Source: Perkinsela sp. CCAP 1560/9 | Taxonomy: Eukaryota; Protista; Euglenozoa: Kinetoplastea | DNA length: 64,000 nucleotides | NCBI GenBank assembly: GCA_965644495.1 | Contig: CBFFSA010000010.1 | Span: forward strand, 372,001 to 436,000 | Direction of reading: 5' to 3' | Shown here: positions 22,560 through 32,275 of the stretch, one piece after another | Layout: each line of letters opens with the position of its first letter | Position numbering within the stretch: the stretch's first letter is position 1 | The notes under the pieces: generated by a model | The model's database searches: none | Told to the model about the DNA's origin: nothing | Seen by the model: only the letters and a program-made list of their open reading frames with translations | Position numbers and translations under genes: made by a program

Positions 22560-24350
22560 GCAGATTATCTAACCGCGCTAGGCTACCACCCTTGAATAGC
22601 GGCCTGCACCATCTGCGCATTACCTTTTTGGGTGGTCGCCCCCATGGCCATCAGCAAATGTCTGAAACAACCCGCGGGATCCTCCTTTTGAGTACCCGCG
22701 ACCTTCCGTAGGAACTTTAATGTGTGGGTTCTCTCTACGCCTCGCGGAAGGCAAGAAGACCTCAACCCATGCCCCGAAAGTCGTAAAAGCCAGGTTTACC
22801 CGTCCCTCAGGGAACCAGCTCCCTTACCCGGCTTACACCTCTTGGGTAAGCCGTGTTGACGTACAGTTCGTCGACGCAGCGTGTTGGCAACAGCACGTTG
22901 GTGCCGCCTTGGACAAGCGGAAACTGGTAGAGGACGTCGACCTCGGAACTTCCAAATCTGTCTGTGAAGGGTCTGGATTGCCAGTGACCATCCGGAGCAA
23001 TCCGGAATGATTTGGATTTTTTATTTTTACCCGTCCAGGGTTAGGAGGTTGCGGAAGGCATCCTTGACCAATTTATGTCGGGATGCCTGTGTACGGCCTT
23101 TACCCCGTTTGCAGTCCAGAGCGTGGACTGCCAACTCTTTATTACAGGGAAAGAGATCCCACACGCGCACTGGGCTGTGGGGGAAGACACCGGCGCCATG
23201 AAGTAGCGCAGCCTTGCCGCGGTCTCCCACTCCACGTCCCGGATGTAGTCCCAAGCCCATTTCCGTAAACATGTCCGTAAAACGTCGGCTACATCGGTTG
23301 CGTACGCCCCTAACAGTTTCAAGCCATGAGGAGAGTGTATAGTCAGGCCATGAGGGGAGCGGATACGGGTACCGCGGAAGGGCTCAAAGCCCTCCGGCTC
23401 CCTTGTCGCTACAACGCATTTGGCGCTGTTAAGTTTAAGCCCTATCCTTTTTGTTTACTTTTCTAGCCCAGTCAGGGTTTTCTCGCAAAGGGAGGGGGAG
23501 CGCCAAGATAACGTCGTCCAGATAAGCCCAGGGGGGCACATCTGGCTTGAATTCTGCCGCCACCTCGTCTAAACACTTCTGAATGCCAATGGAGAAAAGA
23601 ATGGGTGAGTGGTGGTCCCCTTGTCTTACCCCCGTGGTGCTTTTATTAGCCACGTTATTGCCCAGGTGGGTTTTACTGGGGGGTCCGTAGGAGAAGGATA
23701 CGACCCCTGCAATGTCGGCAAACATGTTGCTCCAACATACCGGCACTAAAAACGAGGATCGTGTGATCATCACACAGCAGCACTGATGCTGTTGAACGCG
23801 CTCTCTAGGTCAGCTGCACCTATGACTCCGGCTTCCGAGTTATTAAAGGTGTTTCTGGCGTTGGAAATCACGAATTCGCAACCGAGAGAATGTTTAGCTC
23901 CAAATTGCAAGCCATTGAAAAAGGAAGGCAGGGCTTCGCTAATACGCTCTAGATCTAGCCATCTTGTCAATTTCGTAAAAAACTCGCCCATGGCGATTGG
24001 GCACGCATAGATGAGGAGTGACCGCTCGGGGCGCCCGGCTTCGCGAAGAGTTTGAGCTTCGAAGCCGCCAGGATGTCCCTCAGGCACGTAGGGAGAGTGC
24101 TTGTGAAAATACCTTTGACCACCCACGTGATGCACTCTCTGGGGTCCTCCTCTCCCAGGATACAAGCAGCTAGCTCCTTTGTCCAGCCCGTGGGGCCCGG
24201 CGCTCTGAGCAGGGCTATACGTTTGGCCTTCCTCACCACGTCGTCCGGGGAGGGGAGGACTGGCCTCGAGAGCATTTCTGAGACTTCCTTTTCTGTCGGA
24301 AGGCCAAGCGTTTGAGGGCCCGCGCCCGAATACCGTGTGGGCGGCTGATA
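22560..24350 (-). mobile_element. Decayed CRE-clade (SLACS/CZAR/CRE-like) non-LTR retrotransposon, RT to 3' end
   Basis: Frameshifted motifs APGPTGW, PIAMGEFFTKL, QFGA, ADLESAFNSIS, STTGVRQGD..SPILF, AYLDD, KLLGA, HALDC..RH, MGATTQKGNA. Confidence 0.85.
22803..23028 (+). mobile_element. SINE-B, 5'-truncated copy nested in CRE element
   Basis: Near-identical to 25527-25750 (minus). Ends tccgga-gcaa-tccggaatgatttggattttt. Confidence 0.85.
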
Positions 24351-24449
24351 GGTAGTTCCCTGCGATTAAGTTACTGTCACTGTATTGTATGTATACAGTT
24401 AATGTTCACTGTACATATAATATGTATATATAATATATTTTCAGAGCCC

Positions 24450-25200
24450 TGAGTAGTTGTGCTTTGCGAGATTTGACGTATGTCGTATTGGTTCCAAAAG
24501 CCACATTTGTTGGTCTTCGTGTGATTCATTGGCCGTTTGGGTGGGGCTTTGCCATAAGCTCTTGCTGCTACCGGCAGGGCCAGCCACCAGCGAACGAAAA
24601 TCTCGCTTTTGACAATTCCTCTACAAATGATCGGGCGAACGGCACCCAAAACACATTCCTGGTCGTCGATATGGCTCAGGCGCGCGAGCTGGTGTAACTT
24701 GCGGAGTAAAGGAACGCTGCGATCGTGGTGTATGCTCAAGTTAAATGCTTTTGTCTTTCCGCCAACTGATCACTTACATGGTGGTAGAATTTATCGTTGG
24801 GACGCACAACAAGGTACGGATTGTGGCGCGAGGTCTTGGTGTTCCGTCCCTACCATATGACGATCCTTTCCGGCCTCACTTTGCAGAATCTGTCTCGCGT
24901 GAGGGCTACTGTTTCCGTCCAACGACTTGCTGCCTTCCAGCAGAGCACCACGGTAAGACCTTCGCTGCGGGGCAAGCTCTTCCACAACTTGTTCAGAGTT
25001 CCTGGGGTTAAAGGCAACATCTGACGCATCGGTACTGCCGCTCCGGCCGCCGCAAGTGACTTTATGTAGAACTTGAGCCGATTGGTCTGTGTCCCGCCAA
25101 GGTTTAACAGTGTAGCGCAGTGCGCCAGGAAGGATATACGGATTTGTCGGACGCGGATTATATTCCCATCGTACATGCTACAAATGACTTACATAGTTCA
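24450..25200 (-). mobile_element. TATE-like tyrosine-recombinase remnant
   Basis: LAAAGAAVPMRQMLPL...CWKAASRWTETVALT...PERIVIW*GRNTKTSRHNPY resembles the kinetoplastid TATE recombinase; interrupted by stops. Confidence 0.7.
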
Positions 25201-25526
25201 TGATACAGCATGGCCAGGGCCATGGATGCATGCTGGTAAATGGAGTCATGATTCATGATGCATCATGGGCATCGGGGTCCCACAGAATCCGCCACGGCTG
25301 GTGAGCAAGAGAGGTGCATGGAATATCCGCTAGAACACGCATACAACGTGTTTGCTCGCTGTGTGGGAGACTTCCAGCGTTTGGAAGCCTCCTGCGCGCA
25401 GAAGTACCGGTGCCGCGCGATGGGGAAGGCACGCCGCGTGGTCCCGTAGAAGGGTCCTGCAGCGCATGGGGACTCGGAACCGTGTTCCGAGCAGGGTGGT
25501 GGGAGATGAAGAAAGGGAGGCACACC

Positions 25527-25920
25527 AAAAAAAATCCAAATCATTCCGGATTGCTCCGGATGGTCACTGGCAAGCCAGACTCTTCACAGACAGATTTGGA
25601 AGTTCCGAGGCCGACGTCCTCTACCAGATTCCGCTTGTCCAAGGCGGCACCAACGTGCTGTTACCAGCACGCTGCGTCGACGAACTGTACGTCAACACGG
25701 CTTACTCCCAAGAGGTGTAAGCCGGGTAAGGGAGCTGGTTCCCTGAGGGGAGGGTCCGGGACGGTCCTCCGAGTACTGGGCCTAGTCGGTTATCAGCCCA
25801 GCCTCTTAGAGTGAATATTGCCGGGAATATTGCGATGAGCGGGTTTGAACTCGCCGTCTGAGCACCATGTGCATCAAGCTTTGAATTCTTGCCACTCCGC
25901 CTTCTCCGCCACCTCCGCCT
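25527..25920 (-). mobile_element. SINE-B with tRNA-like head
   Basis: Minus strand has an A-box-like ggcggagtggcaag and a B-box-like gagttcaaacc, a body shared with 22803-23028 and 57625-57985, and an oligo-T end. Confidence 0.7.
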
Positions 25921-25929
25921 TTGGAGGCG

Positions 25930-26090
25930 CACCCCTAATTTGTGACAAGAGGGACAGTTCCTCTCCTAGCGCCATCCGGAAACGGGCATGAACATAGTGA
26001 CAATATGTCCGTTTCCGAGAGAGAAAAGATGAACTAGGAGAAAAAGTACAACAAGGTACAGGAACTGTGTCTTTGAGAAACTGTATCAAT
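25930..26090 (-). mobile_element. SINE-A head with SL relic (26049-26074) and retained splice acceptor
   Basis: attgatacagtttctc-aaagacacagttcctgtaccttgttg-tactttttctcctAG-ttcatcttttctctctcggaaacggacat... Confidence 0.85.
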
Positions 26091-26700
26091 GAGCCCCTCA
26101 GTGGGGAGGAAGCAACACCAGACGGACCCATCATCAGCTGCGAAAGGGGTTCACGTACTTGCAAAATCATGCGTGATGCCCAGCGCTTGACACAAGAAGA
26201 AAGGTATTTTGTCGCCCGATATGTGCGTCGGGGTGTGAAAGACCCCTGCCCAGTGCCGTCGAATACGCGAATGTGGGGCTCGAAAGGAGACGCCTGATTA
26301 AGGACCATGAGGGACATCCATATGCTCTCCGCCACTACCATATCATTGTCCGTCTCGAGGTAGGGCACTCCGGGACCATGCGAGAGACAGATGAGATCCG
26401 TAGGGATGCCTAGAGTCATCGCTACAGCCTGGAACAAACCTTCGAGGGGGCAGTCCGAGGGGACCGGGACCTGGATACGTCCCACTCCTCGAGGACCCAT
26501 ATGCACATCATACCATCCTCCCGGTCATCCTGGGGGGGAGTATCTCGGCGACCTCCCTCTGCCCCCCTGTGTTAGCATCCGCCGGGTTTTCGGAGCCCCG
26601 GGGAAAAGTTTCGTCGACCTCAAGGCCTGGGGGATCAGAAGGCCCGAGGGGGTAGAGGGCCCCAGTATAATGTTCTGGAGTTCCGCCGCCCACTCCTTGT
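26091..26700 (-). mobile_element. Probable N-terminal region of CRE-like element
   Basis: HIRVFDGTGQGSF resembles AIRVYDGTFQGSL in the CRE-like remnant at ~62500. Confidence 0.45.
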
Positions 26701-26736
26701 GGAGGTTGGTTGCCGAGTCCTATTGTTGTAGTGCTA

Positions 26737-27531
26737 CACCCTTGTCCAGCTTCATTTACCCCCCCCTACAGGTCTTGTATCTTGTTGGATTTTAGAAATA
26801 TTTGGTATGGGACTGTTTTTCGACCCAATCGTCTCGAATCCGCTGTCCTTTTCACTCGAGCGACCTTTTTTTCCTCCGAGACCTTAAAATTTTTGTCGAA
26901 AAACCTGATTTTGTTTTGCCCACCCTAAAACAATTCAATATTTTCAGTTCTTTCCTTAATGGCCAAGAGATAACTGACTTCCTCTTCTCCCAAATCAGCG
27001 TAATCCACCAGAAAGTCGAACCCTGATCATAGCACGGTACTAGGAACTATAATCCTTGCGTGCTTTAGCTAGAATGAGTAGACACGAAATATAAGACGCT
27101 ATGTTTCAAACATCCGACCTTTTAGCAGTAGAACATGTTGACGAATTAAGAAATTCATTCAAAAACTATCGCAAACGTCTTCAACTTGTGATAGAAAGGA
27201 AACGTCATCATATTGGATATTTAATGATAATCATAATGGATATTTAAAAGTATCTAGCGTCATCTTTGCATTATCTAAGCACGATTTATACTTTTAAAAA
27301 CATAAACAAAATCCCAAAAATATGAAAAAAAAAATAGAAAAAAAAAGTGTAGACCATGAAAAATCATTTTTTTTTGTCATGTCATGTCATTTTAGTAATT
27401 GTTTTATTCCAATCATGAAAAGGACAGCGGATTCGAGACGATTGGGTCGAAAAACAGTCCCATGCTAAATATTTCCAAAATAGAAGAAAATATTGGCCTG
27501 TAGGTGGGGTAAATGAAGCTGGACAGGGGTG
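26737..27531 (+). mobile_element. Internally deleted Tc1/mariner element with ~120 bp TIRs
   Basis: ta|cacccttgtccagcttcattta... / ...taaatgaagctggacaggggtg|ta. Internal RNSFKNYRKRLQLVIERKRHHIGY resembles a Tc1 transposase C-terminus. Confidence 0.85.
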
Positions 27532-28310
27532 TACATACAGGGGTGTATATCGTTAGCGTCAGTACGATACTCATGCATGAGGCGGGCGGCGGTTGCCCGG
27601 GCGGCTGCGAGCTCATGTACTTTTTAGATTCCTTCGGAGAAACATTTGAGTGGCTATTACGTCGCTATCCGGGGAGGCGGGTTGTGACGCGGGTTATACT
27701 TCAGTAGGGAATCACATGCTGTGACGATTGGTGGCACCCAGAGTAGTGGCGAGCGGCTTTGATGCATAGATGGAAAGTTTTCTTTATCGACATCTTCCCA
27801 CCATTTCCATACGGAGGTGTGCACGGAGGGTTGCTAATCAAATTTCTAAAGTTAATATAAAAGTTCCACTCGTCTTCTGAAATGTGAAAAAGAGGTTCCC
27901 GACTGTGAAAAGCATCGTTTGCTACATCAACGCTAATTATCGATTGTGCTGTCGGATGATTCCTGCTCAACAAAATGTGCAACGGAGAAAAACTCATTAC
28001 TCCACACCGATAGTACATGTAAGCTTTGTTTTCAAGTCGCTGTTTATAATTCTTGAGAAGACCCTCGGTCGACAAATTAGTGTGTGCTCCGAGGCACGGC
28101 AATGCTTTGGAAAGAAAAGTTTGAGCCGTGAGGTTAGTTTGTGGCGATTCATGGGCAACTCCTTGTTCCCTAGCGAGGTGGAAGAAATTTTAATATTTTG
28201 GTTATCAGGGATTGCGGATGGGCGATGGGGAGGCCTCGGAATGCGTACTGGTATGTTTCCGACGGCCGGTCGCCCTCTCATTAATTCGAAGTTCTCGGAG
28301 GAATAAAATA

Positions 28311-28798
28311 CTCTCCCTCTCATTAATTTTTATAAATATAAATTATAACAAAAATGAAAAATTATACTACAGTACTTTACTACTACAGTACTACTTACTG
28401 TAGTAAAGTTATGCTAGTAATTATATTTCTAAAAATTAATGGGAGAGGGTAGGTGGGAGGACGTGGTACTCCTCTTCTCATTAATTTCTATAAATGCCAT
28501 TCCTAATTTTTCAGAAAAAAATTATAGATTTTCAAAAAATTATGCTTTTGAAGAAACAAAACAGGAAATGCTAGGATAGAGGGGAGAACACCGCAGAAAG
28601 ATTTGACCCTCACTTCCGACAAGCGCCTTGGATCTCACGTTCCGCGATAGCTTATCGCAGAAAAATAGCGTTTTTCCATCAGGCAGTATCATTAATCAGG
28701 ACTTTTTGCCTAGCCATTCTCATTAATTTCTATAAATATAAATATAAATTTTCTTTTTTGTTATGATTTATATTTATAGGAATTAATGAGAGGAGGAG
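28311..28798. mobile_element. Two adjacent related MITEs (28311-28449, 28469-28798)
   Basis: ta|ctc(t)cctctcattaattt ... aattaatg(g/a)gagr..g|ta inverted termini. Confidence 0.7.
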
Positions 28799-29149
28799 TA
28801 TACAACACTTTAGCTGATAAGATGAACCAATTTGTTTCACTGTAAGGATAGATTGCGGGTAAACGAAGATGATAATTATGAGACGTTAACGATAAATATT
28901 TGCTTAAGTAATGAAGGGAGGGCTAAGGTACAAAAGGCAGATCAGCACTTTCTGGAGAAAATTCTTCCTGTCCCTTCGTCTCCAGTCTGTCTGAGGAAGG
29001 CGGCGACGAGGCGTCGTTGGGAGGTGAAGAGGGGGCAGAGAGTGCTTTTCGGGGGGGAGGCCAGGAGGGCAGTGCTGGGGGTGAAAGGGGGGCGCAACAA
29101 AGAGGAGGGGGACGAAGGGGGGGAAGTTTTTAGCATGATACAACCTTCG

Positions 29150-29500
29150 TAACTCCAGTAAGAGCTTCCCGAAGAGTTTGCAGCATGGCTCCGGCCTCAT
29201 ATATTGCGGCATTCTGGCGCGGAGGGTGATACTGGTTAATAGAACGCAGCCAAGGCGCACCAGATGGTCCCAGTTTTGCTTTCTTTTATAGATTTTTATA
29301 TATTTTTCTGACGGTGCTTCGATCAAGGTGATACTCTTGAGCAACCTGTCGTTCTGTTTTTCCTGCATCCAGAGACGCGCAGATGTTACGCTTCTGCTCT
29401 ATTGTAAGCTCTACACGAGACTTGCGCTCACGCTCGCTTTCCACATGCTTCTCCGTGAGAAGCTGAGCCGTCGGAAGGATGCTGGTAATATTCTTTGGGG
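29150..29500 (-). pseudogene. pogo/Tigger transposase N-terminal HTH fragment
   Basis: RKSRVELTIEQKRNICASLDAGKTERQVAQEYHLDRSTVRKIYKN is a CENP-B N-terminal/psq HTH pattern. Confidence 0.75.
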
Positions 29501-30654
29501 CAGTAACAACAACGAAAGGGTCTCGAGGCATTAGAGCACCCCTAACCTGATTCGCGCTAAAAATGAGCAATGGTAATGGCTGACGCATTTGGTAGTAGTA
29601 GAGTTTTAGTATACAGTGCAGAGATAGTATTTCTCCGTAAACTAGTACGCTACTTATCCTCTCGTGTCCCAGAGGTTTCGTCACAAAAGAGGATAAGTAG
29701 CGTACTAGAATATCTAAGGGGGGTAACGGTATTAAGGTAATTATAATTAAGGTACCAGAAATTAAGGTATTAATTACCTGTATGTGTCACTCATTTTTAC
29801 GAAAATCTATCGCAATAATTAATTTCTCTTTTAGTCGCTTCGTGAAAGGCGGTGGTCATTTTCAACTTAGAACCTATCAGCGTGCATCCAAAAATCGTGC
29901 AGGGTAGGCATCCTTAAAACGCTAGCTAACCAGGGAAATCGCTACCTTACACGTATTTGGGCTAAACATGGCCAAACATTGCTTACTTAAATGCACAAGT
30001 GCGCGAGTTTTAGGTGTAGTATTTACTCTTCTAATTGCGAATTATGATTCTGCGCATGAACTTCAAATATTCTAACTGACCTGGTTGTAGGTACTTTCAA
30101 CTGAATTTTGTTCAAGTTTCGAAAGATATCGACATCGGAAATATGAGCTCTAAACAATAATTAAGGTACCAAGCATTAAGGTACCGGACATTAAAGTAAT
30201 ATTTATGTGGCAAAAAAGTTACCTTAATTTAAGTTATTCTTAATTAATGTTTTCACGGTAATGTCAATATTTCAGTAAGATCTCTTTCGGTTTTTATTGG
30301 CGCAATGTAAGTAAAGCAAAAATCCAGAGAGGAAGTTCCCAGATTGCGCCGACCCCGGTCCAAGGCTGGTACCACCGCGACGTGAGCTAGCTGGGTAAGG
30401 GTTGGGGGGACAAACAAAGAATCAAGACCGTTAAAAGAGCAATATATTTTTCTTTTTCGAGAAAAATAAATACTTGCCGTTTTTTTGAGGTTCGGGTTTG
30501 GAGACGTAATATTACAAAAAAAAAATTAAAAAACCTATAAAACAATCCTTCACTTTGACCATTCATTTTCCTTCTTTACCATTTTTCACACCACCTTACC
30601 TTCCCTTTCTACCCCTTTCCACCTCTCTCCCTACACCCCCCCCTCCTCAACCCC

Positions 30655-31332
30655 ATGCCACCTTTCCTCTTTTCTCTCCACCCTTTCCCCCCCTCCCCCG
30701 TTTCCCCCTCCACCCTCTACACCCTCTCCCGCCGTTTCAAATCCCGCCGCCAGCCCGCGAAAATCTACCGTTACTCCTACATGCCCGACCCGCGCAAATT
30801 CGCCCCCATTGAGAGCGTCTCCCCGGAGGAGATGCACCCCCTCCCCCTACGTCCCCCCCATGAGGAAGTCCCGGACATCCAAGCCTTCCTCTCCCGCCTC
30901 TCCACCGCCCGCGGCCTGCGCTGCGTGGAGTACGCCTCCCTGTTCCGGGACTGGGAGCACCTGATGACGGTGACCCGGACGGAGCTCAAGGCCCAGGGGG
31001 TCCCCCCGAACGTCATCCAGCACCTGCTGAACTGGCAGGGGAGCTACCGCCGGGGGTACGTCCCCCGGGGCGTGGACGGCACGGCGCGGGAGGAGGCCCG
31101 GGCGCCGTTCGTGCGGCTCAACGGGCGCGCGTGCCGCACGATGCTCCCGGAGGTCCCGCGGAACTACCGCCCGCACCAGCAGGGGGTGGGGACGCGGCCG
31201 GAGTTCGACGCCGCGGTGGGGGGGGTGATGCCGGAGTGGGCGGCGGGGGAGGAGAGGAGGCTGGGGGGAAGGCAGGAGGGGGGAGGGGTAGGGGGAGGGG
31301 TAGGGGTAGGGGTAGGGGTAGGGCAGGGGTGA
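30655..31332 (+). CDS. Probable mitoribosomal small-subunit protein mS41/Fyv4-like (IGR/SAM-like domain)
   Basis: PPHEEVPDIQAFLSRL...YASLFRDWEHLMTVTRTELKAQGVPPNVIQHLLNWQGSYRRG fits the IGR-family pattern. Presequence-like N-terminus and strong GC3 bias. Confidence 0.7.
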   Translation: MPPFLFSLHPFPPSPVSPSTLYTLSRRFKSRRQPAKIYRYSYMPDPRKFAPIESVSPEEMHPLPLRPPHEEVPDIQAFLSRLSTARGLRCVEYASLFRDWEHLMTVTRTELKAQGVPPNVIQHLLNWQGSYRRGYVPRGVDGTAREEARAPFVRLNGRACRTMLPEVPRNYRPHQQGVGTRPEFDAAVGGVMPEWAAGEERRLGGRQEGGGVGGGVGVGVGVGQG

Positions 31333-31784
31333 AAGGCGGGAGTTGAAAGAGAGAGAAGGGGGTGGGGGTGATGCTGGAGGGGCGGTGGGGGAGGAGAGGA
31401 GGCGGGGGGGGGAAGAGGGGGAGGGTGGGGGAGGAGGGGGGGTAGATGTAGGAGGGTAAAAGGATAAAAGGGGAAAGGTGGGGTGGAATACGCCTTGTGA
31501 GGTGGTTTCCCTTATGAGTTTGGGGGAAAACTCCTGTGGATTGGGAGAAAAAAAACGGGGAGGGAAGAGCGCCAGGGGGTAAAACGGGAAGGTGGGAAAT
31601 GGAGAACGGGGTGAATTCTCTGTTTGCGCTAAGTACAATGTACAAGCATGTGCACGAGCAAGCTTGTGCTTGCTTGTAGCTTGTGCATGAAACGGATGGC
31701 ATGATTCTTGGATGAAAGAAAGAGTAAGGACGGTCCGTAGCAGGCAGGCCAGCGAGGTACACTTAGACTTTATTTCGCTTCTTT

Positions 31785-32228
31785 ATGTCGCTCTATCCTC
31801 CGGGTTGTATTTTAGCTTGTCTCAGCAGCGATACAACCTTACCTCACCCCGCCAAAGTGAATGGTTCCGTTCTTCCCCAGAAATATGATTTTAGCAATCA
31901 TTTCGAATCCAGAAGAGACATGGACAACGAACACTACTGCGCGTGAATGGTTTGCAGTAAAGTGCAATAGCAACCAACAATGATTTCCATTGAACTAGTC
32001 CCGCAAGGTTTTTTTAACGTCCACGGGCATGATAAATATTGTGGAACATTTGCATGGATGTACATGCCGGACATCACACTATCGTTCTCTTCAAAAAAAC
32101 AAAGGGGGATCACCGGAGTGTTACCTATTGCACATCTCCCTGGATTGCTGCAAAGATTTGACGTTTTCAATTGTAATATGTTGGGCCCCATTGATTTGAC
32201 AGTGCTGCCGCCCCAATTATGGTTTCTA
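31785..32228 (+). pseudogene. LRR gene 5' part (frameshifted), interrupted by LINE copy 2
   Basis: Paralog of 38455-39117: PAKVNGSVLPQKY, NPEETWTTNTTA, DKYCGTFAW, IDLTVLPPQLWFL. Confidence 0.85.
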
Positions 32229-32245
32229 TAAAGATATTATGGCTT

Positions 32246-32275
32246 CTATAAAGATACAGTTTCTGTACCTTGTTG
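32246..32275 (+). other. Spliced-leader exon relic at LINE 5' end
   Basis: ctataaagatacagtttctgtaccttgttg is the closest match in the window to the kinetoplastid SL exon. Followed by ctttg, not GT. Confidence 0.88.

Noticed and set aside
31285-31330. Telomeric repeat
   Set aside because: Short GGGGTA run inside a G-rich gene end, not TTAGGG and not terminal.
32246-32275. Functional SL RNA gene
   Set aside because: No 5' part of the exon, no GT donor or intron with Sm site, no tandem array. The same holds for the other three relics.
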